A stretch of 54,085 nt of DNA from Histomonas meleagridis 2922-C6/04-290x (Eukaryota; Protista; Parabasalia). This document shows positions 22,348 to 32,864 of the stretch, one piece after another. How positions within the stretch are numbered: position 1 is the first letter of the stretch; every line of letters begins with the position of its first letter. The position numbers were made by a program, and so were the translations under genes. The stretch spans positions 1-54,085 of the forward strand of contig JAANOX010000060.1 in assembly GCA_020184695.1 (NCBI GenBank). Direction: 5' to 3'. The notes below the pieces were generated by a model. It ran no database searches, was not told the DNA's origin, and was given only the letters and a program-made list of their open reading frames with translations.

Positions 22348-23293
22348 TATTTTCTTCTGAAATATTCATCTCTTCTTCATTTTGCTTTCGCTTCTTATAT
22401 TGATATTTAATCATAAATACAACAATTCCGACAATTATCAAAACTATCACAATAGTGCCGCATATAATACCAATTAACAATTCATTCGATATCGAATTAT
22501 CTTTTGGTGTATCATTAGTGACAACTAATGTATAAAAGTCATAATAATAACTATAATAAGACAAATAATATATAACAGTGTAATCGTAATAAATGACATT
22601 TGTCGATATATAACTATAAGTTGATTCAAATGTTAACAATAAAATTGTATTTATATATTTTCTATAAAATGTAATCGAAAGTGTAATAGATAATGAGTGA
22701 GTTAAAGTGAACGAATGTGTTAAAGTTAAAGTTACATCCGATGGAAGTGAATCTGAATAAGCAACTGATGCAGTGAATGAGTTGGTGAATGCATTACTCT
22801 GTGTGAATGTGAGTGTTGGCGGGAAACATTCGTCAAGTGTTGTTCCCTTAGTAATATTCATATTTCCAAATGTTTCATTTTGATATGTTTCTAATGTAAT
22901 AACTGTTGTCGCATTTATATTAATAAATGCATCATTTTGAATTTCTGGTGAAATTTCTCCATTAAAATGAATACATTTAAGTGATGTACAATTAAGAAAT
23001 GCACAAGAATTATTATAATGAACATTTTCATCAATAAAAATTGTTTCTAAATTATTACAATAAGCAAAAGCATTATTCATAATAGAAGTGACTGAATTAT
23101 AAATTGTAAATGTTTTAATTTTCCCATTCGGATAACTAATAATTTGTGTAATTTCTTTATTATATAAAACGCCATCATTTTCATAATTCGAATATTCAAA
23201 ATTTTCTTCTGAAACATTAATAATTTGAAGATTTGTACATTCTAAAAATGGATTTCCAATTGAAGTAACAGAATTTGGTATATAAATATTCAC
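22304..23293 (-). CDS. BspA-like (TpLRR) surface protein, 5'-decayed and 3'-interrupted by mariner
   Basis: LRRs such as IYIPNSVTSIGNPFLECTNL and TSIMNNAFAYCNNL, an S/T/F-rich stalk, TM segment LLIGIICGTIVIVLIIVGIVVFMI and a basic stop-transfer. LRR remnants continue upstream to about 24000. May be a pseudogene. Confidence 0.8.
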   Translation of the reverse strand: MNIYIPNSVTSIGNPFLECTNLQIINVSEENFEYSNYENDGVLYNKEITQIISYPNGKIKTFTIYNSVTSIMNNAFAYCNNLETIFIDENVHYNNSCAFLNCTSLKCIHFNGEISPEIQNDAFININATTVITLETYQNETFGNMNITKGTTLDECFPPTLTFTQSNAFTNSFTASVAYSDSLPSDVTLTLTHSFTLTHSLSITLSITFYRKYINTILLLTFESTYSYISTNVIYYDYTVIYYLSYYSYYYDFYTLVVTNDTPKDNSISNELLIGIICGTIVIVLIIVGIVVFMIKYQYKKRKQNEEEMNISEENIGCSTPTVVSLYIE

Positions 23294-24149
23294 AAGGTTT
23301 GTACATCCTCTGAATGCATCAGAGCCAATATTTTGTACGCCTACTTCTAAAGTTATCGTTTCAAGTCCTGTACATTAACAACAGCTTCTGAATTATCACT
23401 TTCTTTGCCTTCACTATTATATGATACAACGTTAAATGTGTATAACGTTCCAACATCATACTTCGATTATTGCTAAATAATTAATTAGATCTATTGTTAC
23501 ATTGCTAATCACTGGAGGTGCTTTGTCATGCAAATTGCAATGTTCTTCAAACTCGTGTTCAGTATTCCTTTGCTTAAGATAAAATATATTGTTAGCAAGA
23601 ACTTTCCTTACAAATTCTGTTGTCATAAAATTTTGATATTAAAGCTCAAAAAATTTTTGATTCAAAAAAACTGATTATAATAATTGGTTCATTTTCATCT
23701 AAAAATTAAATACATTGAAGATTATTACAAAATTCGAATGCACAATAATAAATTGATTTAACACTTCTTCCAATTATAGTTGGTTATAATTGTGAACAAA
23801 AAGGAAAAGTAGAAATTATAATATTACTATCTTGAGCAGGAATTGTAAAATTTAATAATAAAGTATAACAACCAAATGCACTAAAATAAATGGAACTTCG
23901 TTAGGAATCATTACATTTGATGAAGTGCAAGAGCTAAATGCACTAGAACCAATAAAAATTAATATAAGTGGAATTAAAACGAAGATGATTCAAATGATTT
24001 TATCAAAGTTATAAAATCAAATGTTTCATTTGAATTTCATGGTGGAAAGTATACAATTGAAGAAAATTCCATCATTTTCGTTATTAGAATAAGTTAATTT
24101 TTCATTTGAAACATAAGATTTTTACAGTTTGAAAAGGCAACGGTTCCAA

Positions 24150-24430
24150 TTGATGTTACTGAAAGCATCTGAAAATGGTAATATCGAAATAGTTCAATTA
24201 CATCTTGAACAAAAAGGGATTTATATTAATGCCAAAGATATTTATTTGTTTTATTTAATATTTATTTTAATGGTTTTGGATTTCAAAATAATATTTGAAA
24301 ATTATTTAAATTATTTATCACAGCACTTATGAAAGCATCTGAAAATGGTCATACAGAAATCGTTAAATTACTTCTTGAACAAAAAGGAATTGATACCAGT
24401 GATAAAAATATTTATATGCTTTATTTAATG
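24150..24430 (+). pseudogene. Two-unit ankyrin-repeat remnant with the position-specific insert
   Basis: ASENGNIEIVQLHLEQKGIYINAKDIY-[68 nt]-FITALMKASENGHTEIVKLLLEQKGID. Confidence 0.85.
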
Positions 24431-24593
24431 CTATAAAAGAACCAGTTTGATTAATCTCATATGAGATACGGCAAATTGTAATTGTAAACCTTAAAATGTC
24501 ACTTTCTGATCGTTTAATACGATCAAATTTCTAACAAAAAACAATATTGAATATTTTACATTTAATTCAATTTCTTTCAATTTTGGCCAAAAA

Positions 24594-25502
24594 ATGTTTC
24601 CTATCATAATTCTTGCAATTCGCAAGCTTTTGCCACCATTTTGTTTTGCTTCTCCTCAACCAGCAGAACCAATTATGAGGTTTCTTTGTCGAGGATGGGG
24701 TTGTGCTGTTCCTCGCAATGATACAGAAAAATACGAAAAGTTGAACAAAATATATTCATCATATAAGAATGGATCGCTTGAAGATCCACTTATCGAGGCA
24801 ATTCAACCATATTTGGATGAAAAACTTCCACCAGCTATTGCCGCATATTCTTTAATACTCTTATTTGGAATTGAAGGAAACGAACAAAATATCAGTAAAT
24901 CATATGAAGTTCTTCAAGCTGATGAATGCAAAGATTCTTGGGTTTGCCAAGAAATATTATCATTTCATCCAGAAACCCCCGAAGAAGATCGACTTACTCA
25001 TATCGAAAAAGCTGCTTCCTTAGGCTCAGTTATCTGTAAGAAGATAATGGCTGATGAATATCTCAGCCAAACTCCGCCCAATTATATTGAGGCAATCAAA
25101 TATTTACGTCAGATTGCAGTTCTATATTCTACATCATGGATGCGAAAGAAGAGAGGCGGTTTAGCCTTTGCAAAAGCCATCCGCGGAATCCTTCTTGATA
25201 ATAAGAATGAATGGCAAACTCTCAAAAACCTTGCTGCAAGTATTAATCACATTCCATCTATACTTTGGCTGACTGATGCATATCTCAAAGGAGATAAATC
25301 GATTGGTGTCAGTCCTGATGAACTTATCGAATATTTATATCGAGTATATGATGCGGGAACATGCAGATATAACGCAATGGACCTCGTTACATCTCAAGAT
25401 AGTTCGTTAGATCGGACAGAATATGTTCGGTTTTTCGCCAGAATGGGTGAAGATGCAGCTGTAGCATTGTGCTCATACCCGGAATTGTACTTCGATTATT
25501 GA
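24594..25502 (+). CDS. Secretory-pathway protein with Sel1-like repeats
   Basis: Intact 302-aa ORF with a hydrophobic N-terminus and the Sel1-like segments YSLILLFGIEGNEQNISKSYEVL and HIEKAASLGSV...NYIEAIKYL. Confidence 0.5.
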   Translation: MFPIIILAIRKLLPPFCFASPQPAEPIMRFLCRGWGCAVPRNDTEKYEKLNKIYSSYKNGSLEDPLIEAIQPYLDEKLPPAIAAYSLILLFGIEGNEQNISKSYEVLQADECKDSWVCQEILSFHPETPEEDRLTHIEKAASLGSVICKKIMADEYLSQTPPNYIEAIKYLRQIAVLYSTSWMRKKRGGLAFAKAIRGILLDNKNEWQTLKNLAASINHIPSILWLTDAYLKGDKSIGVSPDELIEYLYRVYDAGTCRYNAMDLVTSQDSSLDRTEYVRFFARMGEDAAVALCSYPELYFDY

Positions 25503-25760
25503 TAATAAAGAATTTGTTATATTATATGCATAATTCTGAGCTCTTCTAAACAACAAAAGACTTGTGTGAAATATATATAAATTTTTTTATCGTACTAATG
25601 AAAAAGTTATATTTTGAATCTAATTTCATCGTTATTTATACATTAAAAGTTTTTTCTTTTGAAAAGAAATCAATTCATAAATTTATGGGGCTGTAACAAA
25701 ATTGTTACAATTTTTCATGAAACAGGCTTAGGAAAAATATACTATAGAAATTTATCTGAT

Positions 25761-26330
25761 TTATTTAAGGGAAGAGAGAATTGTTTTAATTAATTCATCT
25801 TCTGATACATGAAGAGGTATCTCAAATACAGTTTCTTTTTTTGAATTGGAAAGAAACTGCTTCATTGTTTTGTGGATTCCTTGGATATTTTGTTTTCTTG
25901 CAGCGAAGATAGTTGCATATGGAATTTTTTGAGATTCAAATTTTTCCAATAAAATGTTCATGGCTTTATTAAGTCCTTTATAATTAGATTCAAGCTTACC
26001 AAACTCATCAAAGTATATGAGAGATGGTTTTTGTATTGTTGGTGTGAAGTTAGAAAATTGTTTTTCTATTGTTTTGATTGTATCTTGATCAAATTGGAAA
26101 ATATTTCCATCCATTGATATTCTTTCTTTTAGCCTAACAAATGGGTATTGATTTTTAACTCCGTTTAAATTTGTGTGAACATCGTATCCAATTCTTGTAT
26201 TATTTTTATGAATACATTTTTCAGTAAATCCATAGCATGGAACTTGGCATGTAAGTTTTTCTAGGATGCTTGATAATATTTTTGTCTTACCAGACGCAAT
26301 TTTACCAGATAAAATGAAATTTTGGAGCAT
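25761..26330 (-). CDS. NTPase_1 family (THEP1/HCR-NTPase-like) P-loop NTPase
   Basis: Walker A SGKIASGKT, the family motif GFTEKC...TRIGYDV and Walker B LIYFDEFGKLE. Confidence 0.85.
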   Translation of the reverse strand: MLQNFILSGKIASGKTKILSSILEKLTCQVPCYGFTEKCIHKNNTRIGYDVHTNLNGVKNQYPFVRLKERISMDGNIFQFDQDTIKTIEKQFSNFTPTIQKPSLIYFDEFGKLESNYKGLNKAMNILLEKFESQKIPYATIFAARKQNIQGIHKTMKQFLSNSKKETVFEIPLHVSEDELIKTILSSLK

Positions 26331-26449
26331 TTAAAACCATTTCAAATCACATTTCATCTAACTTATTTTGGTTACTTTACGCAATCTGTAATCCAAAAAT
26401 TCTATAATTCTTTTGTCAATACATTTATCTGTCGAAAATTAGATAAAAA

Positions 26450-26998
26450 ATGGAAGAACTTCTTAAGCCATGTGAAGAAAATCTTGAAGCAATGAGAGGC
26501 CTTCTGAATGGAAATGTTGATCAAAAACAAATTCTTCAATGTATGGATGTTCTCCAAGATACAATTGTAAGTCTTTCAAAACATTGTATTGATACACTTG
26601 CTGATTGCAATGACCAATTTTTAGCCATGTCTGACCAATTAAATGCAGTTGAAGGGTTGATGTACATAGTTAAAGATGCAGTTGGAAATAAATCACAATT
26701 TCATGGTAATGAATGTAATTATACGTCAAATGCTGATACTTTAAATGTGTCACAAAAAGGGTCAACAGCTATTACAATTCCACAAGGAAACTTTGATATT
26801 TCACTTGCTGTATTAAGTGATATCGGACACAAGAGCGAAAGTCTCGGTCAAGGAGGACCCTTGATAAGGAAAACAAAAGCAAACACAGATGAAATTCAGC
26901 CATGGACAAAACAAGCGGACTACTTTTTGATGGAGAAGGGAGATACGACAACATCATTTTCTCAAATTTACAAAGTTCCATCTCCATCCTTACATTAA
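26450..26998 (+). CDS. Hypothetical protein with N-terminal coiled coil
   Basis: Intact 182-aa ORF with coding-like composition. No family recognised. Confidence 0.65.
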   Translation: MEELLKPCEENLEAMRGLLNGNVDQKQILQCMDVLQDTIVSLSKHCIDTLADCNDQFLAMSDQLNAVEGLMYIVKDAVGNKSQFHGNECNYTSNADTLNVSQKGSTAITIPQGNFDISLAVLSDIGHKSESLGQGGPLIRKTKANTDEIQPWTKQADYFLMEKGDTTTSFSQIYKVPSPSLH

Positions 26999-27216
26999 AA
27001 TGAATGAACTAAACAACCATTGAATTTTTTCTGTTGTTGTGATAAGCTAATTAAATTTCCATTTTAATTATGTAAAATTTATATTCATATAAATTAAAAA
27101 AAAGAAATCCTTTTATCAATGGTTCTTAAAACATCAGGAATTCAGGAAATTTTGAATATCTTTCCTAAAGATTTTATTAATAACCTAGAAAAATAAACAA
27201 TGTTTTGTATTTATTC

Positions 27217-27528
27217 TTATAAGTTCATTCCTCCATGTTCATAGTTAAAACCAAGATGTTCCTTTTCTGTAAAATGCCTTGAACATGTTTTGTATACAGT
27301 TGGCCTTTCGTAATCAGACATTGTCACAGCACCATAATCATGATTTGTAGTTCTGAAGACAGGATGTTGATCCTGAAGAGTTTCAGGTCTTTGATAATTA
27401 CTGAATCTCTCTGGTACCTGATTTGCTTCAGCATCTAGACGTGCCTGAACACGTGCCTCAACCCTAGCCAAGTATTCTTCTTGTGTTTCATCTTCCTTTT
27501 GGCCTGGAAGTCTTTTTTGTCTCTCCAT
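27217..27528 (-). CDS. PIERCE1/2-like (DUF4490/FAP182) axonemal microtubule inner protein
   Basis: QHPVFRTTNHDYG...ERPTVYKTCSRHFTEK...YEHGGMNL matches the PIERCE pattern YRTxxxxYG...P......FS......GMF.N.GxN. First ATG at 27528. Confidence 0.7.
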   Translation of the reverse strand: MERQKRLPGQKEDETQEEYLARVEARVQARLDAEANQVPERFSNYQRPETLQDQHPVFRTTNHDYGAVTMSDYERPTVYKTCSRHFTEKEHLGFNYEHGGMNL

Positions 27529-27552
27529 TTCCAATGTACGTTATTTAATTCC

Positions 27553-27560
27553 AAACGGTC
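27553..27560 (-). promoter_or_regulatory. Trichomonad M3-like core promoter element (GACCGTTT)
   Basis: Matches the DRCSGYTD M3 consensus about 25 nt upstream of the PIERCE-like ATG. Confidence 0.5.
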
Positions 27561-28004
27561 GCCGCCGAAAAAGTGTTGTTTTGTGAATAAATCAATTTCA
27601 TGAAAACGATCGTTTTTAATTCAATTTACAGGAACGAAAGCAACATAACATAATTTTCTCGCTCTGTGCCTAAAATTTTAACCACTTACATTTATTAAAA
27701 AGATTTCATTCGAAGTGATGGAACAAATTCATGGGTATTTTGTAAAACATTTTAAAAAAAACTTCAATAGTGAAATACCATAAAATAACTCATACACTTA
27801 CATTATATGCTTTACCTGTCACCATTGGTTATTTCGATAATTTTTTTCAAAAACATTTTTATCACCTTGTACACTTTTTTCCTTCCTATTTAACATTGTC
27901 ATGCTCACTACTCCAAAAATATTTTATAAAACTCACTTTAGAAAAAATTAATAAGTTATAAGTTACGTTCAACGCAATAAATATTTTGTTGTCAAAAATA
28001 ACAT

Positions 28005-28961
28005 TTATTCATCACTTTTCTCTTCACCCTCAAATGGCAACACACTATCCTGATTTGCCTCCGTCATCGTAGCCAATGAACACTCCACAGAAACAGAATT
28101 CATTTTGTTCGTTGCGGTTACAAGTAATGGCATTCCCGGAGCTGACACATTGAACTCAGCTGTTTCGTTCGCGAGTTTCGCTATCCTCAGCGCCATTACG
28201 AAATCAGTGGATGAGAACAGAACAGGTTTGGTTCCGTTTTTTTCGATCTTAATTTCGCATAGACAAGATTGCCGCATTATGAGCTTAGAGGTACCATTCT
28301 TTTCATCACAATATGAACGGAATGAAATTTGTTCGTTTTCGCCAGAATAATCCGCGCTAAGTCCGATGTATGCTGATTTGAACGATTTTTGGGTTTTAAG
28401 TAATTGCTTAGCATCAATGGAAATAAAAAGGGTTTTAACACTTTGGGCAGTGATGAATCGACCACGTGCTTTGGATGTAAAAATATTGACATGATGAATA
28501 ATGCCAAACCGATCATAAACATGGAAATGAAGACTTTGCGTTTCCTCATCAATACGGATAACAAGTTTGGTTGGCGAAGATATATGCCTGAAACACGAGC
28601 AGAAATTGGAAGCAACTATTTGAAGTGTAATGCGTGGCCTATTGGAAAGATAATCATACTCAGAAAAGGCAGACGCGTTGAATTTGATGATTGGAAGTAT
28701 TGTTTGAGTATTGTTGATACACTGTATTGATAAATCGTTTTCGCAAATCACAAATGTAACATCAGTTCCTATTTTCTTTAATTCACTTATCGACTTGATA
28801 AATGTTTTTATCATTTTCTTGTTCGAGATTGTGGCATCCATGATAGTGAAGTACAACACTTCCCATTTTTTGTGAAACTTTTTCAGGTGTTTATTGGTGA
28901 GAAGTGAATTCACTTTCTTAGAGAGCCGTTTAGATATTTGGCGCGATACATCATTCCACAC
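28005..28961 (-). CDS. RAD9: Rad9-like subunit of the 9-1-1 checkpoint clamp (likely start ATG 28841)
   Basis: PCNA-like pattern: FIKSISELKKIGTDV..., FSEY, FGIIHHVNIF, and FNVSAPGMPLLV...SVECSLATM (Rad9 FDAPGRP...FVLATL). Confidence 0.7.
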   Translation of the reverse strand: MWNDVSRQISKRLSKKVNSLLTNKHLKKFHKKWEVLYFTIMDATISNKKMIKTFIKSISELKKIGTDVTFVICENDLSIQCINNTQTILPIIKFNASAFSEYDYLSNRPRITLQIVASNFCSCFRHISSPTKLVIRIDEETQSLHFHVYDRFGIIHHVNIFTSKARGRFITAQSVKTLFISIDAKQLLKTQKSFKSAYIGLSADYSGENEQISFRSYCDEKNGTSKLIMRQSCLCEIKIEKNGTKPVLFSSTDFVMALRIAKLANETAEFNVSAPGMPLLVTATNKMNSVSVECSLATMTEANQDSVLPFEGEEKSDE

Positions 28962-29063
28962 ATTTTTATGTTTGAACTATATATATGTATAATATTTTCT
29001 GAAAAAAGTATTCATTTGAATAATTTTATATTTGTTTAAAAAATATGAAATATGTTTTAATAA

Positions 29064-29260
29064 TTTGAAACAGCACTTCATATAGCAGTTGAAAATATTA
29101 ATATAGAAATAGTAAAATTACTTTTGAATAAAGAAGGAATTGATGTTAATGCAAAGAATATTCGTTTGAATAATTTAAAATATGTTTTAATCATTTGGAA
29201 TATGTTTTAATAATTTGAAACAGCACTTCAAATTGCACAGAAAAATGTTACATGGAAATT
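29064..29260 (+). pseudogene. Ankyrin-repeat remnant with a shorter (48-nt) insert
   Basis: FETALHIAVENINIEIVKLLLNKEGIDVNAKNIR-[48 nt with TAA TAA]-FETALQIA, with a 150-nt period. Confidence 0.8.
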
Positions 29261-29439
29261 TGTTAGCAAATTTACTTCTTGAAAAAAGTACAAATGAAAA
29301 TTCTAATTCAGAGTCTTATTCGATCAACAACATAAATTGTTTCTTTTGTCCAAAATTTTAAACAAATAAATACATAAATCATTCGATAACTATTTTGGAA
29401 TAAAAGATTCTAGAATAAATTTTCATACAAAAATCTTTA

Positions 29440-29780
29440 CAACTTTGTAAATGAAAACTTTAGCTTTTCTTAGCACGCATTTCCAACGACAAAGAGTGTA
29501 TCCAACAATCCGGCCAACGAATTCATGTTCTAGTCGACTATTACAATACGCGGCTTAATTAAGCCGGATAGCATTGCTGCTCAGATTTCACTGTGTCCAG
29601 CAACGCTCAGGCTTGTAGATAATGTCAATGTTTTCTTCAGCCGTTTTGCTGCAATCCTTACAGCTGATTCTTAAACATTAAGATACGGCAATTACCTGAA
29701 AAATAAAAATGTTAAGTTTTTCATTAGCAATTCCACACAAAATTTACTATGAACGAACCTTTTAGGTTTGGTAATTCCTT
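29440..29780 (-). ncRNA. Candidate structured non-coding RNA with a 63-nt GT-AG intron
   Basis: GC-elevated island with no ORF of 60 aa or more. Several helices work on the minus strand only because they need G-U pairs. Intron-like segment AAG|GTTCGT...TTTCAG|GT at 29758-29696. Confidence 0.4.
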
Positions 29781-30368
29781 TAAAAAAATTTTTTTGATAA
29801 AGAATTGCAAAACTTTTACTAATATGATCTCAAACATTTATTTTCTTTGTTTTCTCATTAATATTAATATTAATTCGTTTTCGAAATAATAAAAACAAAA
29901 CACAAGAAGAATCAAAGTGCATTGAAGAAAACGAAAATAACTTTTCAATTGAATACAATAAAAACATTGTTGAAGAAGATCCATTTGCAAAAGATTTTAA
30001 AGAAGACAATTTTATGAAATTAGAATTGCTTTAATAAATAAAGCATTAAAGTTAGTTCAAATGTTTTCAAAAAAAAGTTTTTCTTGGAAGAACACTCATC
30101 CACTCACATTGCTGTCGAATGAAAAATAAACGTTTTTTTACCTTCTCAATGTTTGTAAAACCAATGTCACTTTTGCCAAAAGCAACAAGTTTTTTACACT
30201 TTTTGTAAAATAAGCAAATATTCCGAACATTCACCAAACAAAAAGTTGTGATGTAAACGATTAAACGTATCACAAAACGTTTAAAAAGTGACAGTGTCAT
30301 AATCAATCAAATTTGATGTGAATGGGGCAGCCCAAAATTCAAAATTATAAATTCTTATTTTTACTTCT

Positions 30369-32039
<1,671 letters not shown>

Positions 32040-32268
32040 TTAAAAGTGGTCGGCTATATCTTCGGAGGTTATCAGTTCACCTCATTTGAAATTTGAATGC
32101 AACAGGCCATTTATTTTATCGTCGCGCGCAAATGCTATCAGAAAACCGTAATTATTTGGTCAGCGTTGTGACTGTCGAACGTTTATTTTTTTATGTATAA
32201 GAACAAGAAAAATTTGGTTGAAAAAAAATGAAAAAAAAAATTTGAGTGTGTGTTATGTGTTGTTTAGT

Positions 32269-32790
32269 TTAGTTTGTTTTGACTTTCTTTGGAACTTCAA
32301 TTGTGTTCTTATTAAGATTCCAAAGGAAAAATGGAATAAGAATTGAACCAAGAGCGATTAAAATTGTGATTCCATATCCAAGAAGATTTGCTTTAGCACC
32401 AATGGAATGTGTTGACTTTGAATTGAACCAAAAGAGTTGTGATGACAAAGCAATCTTCTTTTGGCCATCAGCAACATACCTAAGACGAGAGGAAGACATT
32501 CTAAGGTTTCCTGTGATAAGTGGTTTTGCTGTGAAAACATATGATAAATTTTTACCTGGTTCAAGAACGTTCCATCTTAAGTTGCTTGCAGACTTTGGGA
32601 AATCCCATTGATCGATGATGAGACCGGAGTCATCAATATGAAGATCTGTTATTGGAGTATCACCAAGGTTGTAAATGTTATAAATAACATAGACAGGTTC
32701 ACCGACTCTACCTTCGTCATCGCTTACCTTTTTGTCGAACATGATAAAAGGTGTTGAGAATGATAAACATGCGAATAGAATGCCTAACAT
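32269..32790 (-). CDS. Translocon-associated protein beta (TRAP-beta/SSR2-like)
   Basis: Signal peptide, Ig-like KK...GEPVYVIYNIYNLGD...DLHIDD...W..LEPG.N.SYVFTAKP and one C-terminal TM segment. Confidence 0.8.
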   Translation of the reverse strand: MLGILFACLSFSTPFIMFDKKVSDDEGRVGEPVYVIYNIYNLGDTPITDLHIDDSGLIIDQWDFPKSASNLRWNVLEPGKNLSYVFTAKPLITGNLRMSSSRLRYVADGQKKIALSSQLFWFNSKSTHSIGAKANLLGYGITILIALGSILIPFFLWNLNKNTIEVPKKVKTN

Positions 32791-32850
32791 TTCTTATGTG
32801 GCTGCGCCAAATTTGACAAAATTTGAATAAAACCGCCGATAGGTAAAAAC

Positions 32851-32858
32851 GACCGTTA
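32851..32858 (+). promoter_or_regulatory. M3-like core promoter element (GACCGTTA)
   Basis: Consensus match in the short divergent intergenic region about 13 nt before ATG 32871. Confidence 0.4.
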
Positions 32859-32864
32859 AAATTA

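Noticed and set aside
29541-29560. ACAATACGCGGCTTA resemblance to RNase P/MRP conserved region CR-V on the plus strand
   Set aside because: No CR-I (GGAAAGUC-like) partner lies upstream. The match overlaps a local palindrome, and the G-U pairing pattern favours the minus strand.
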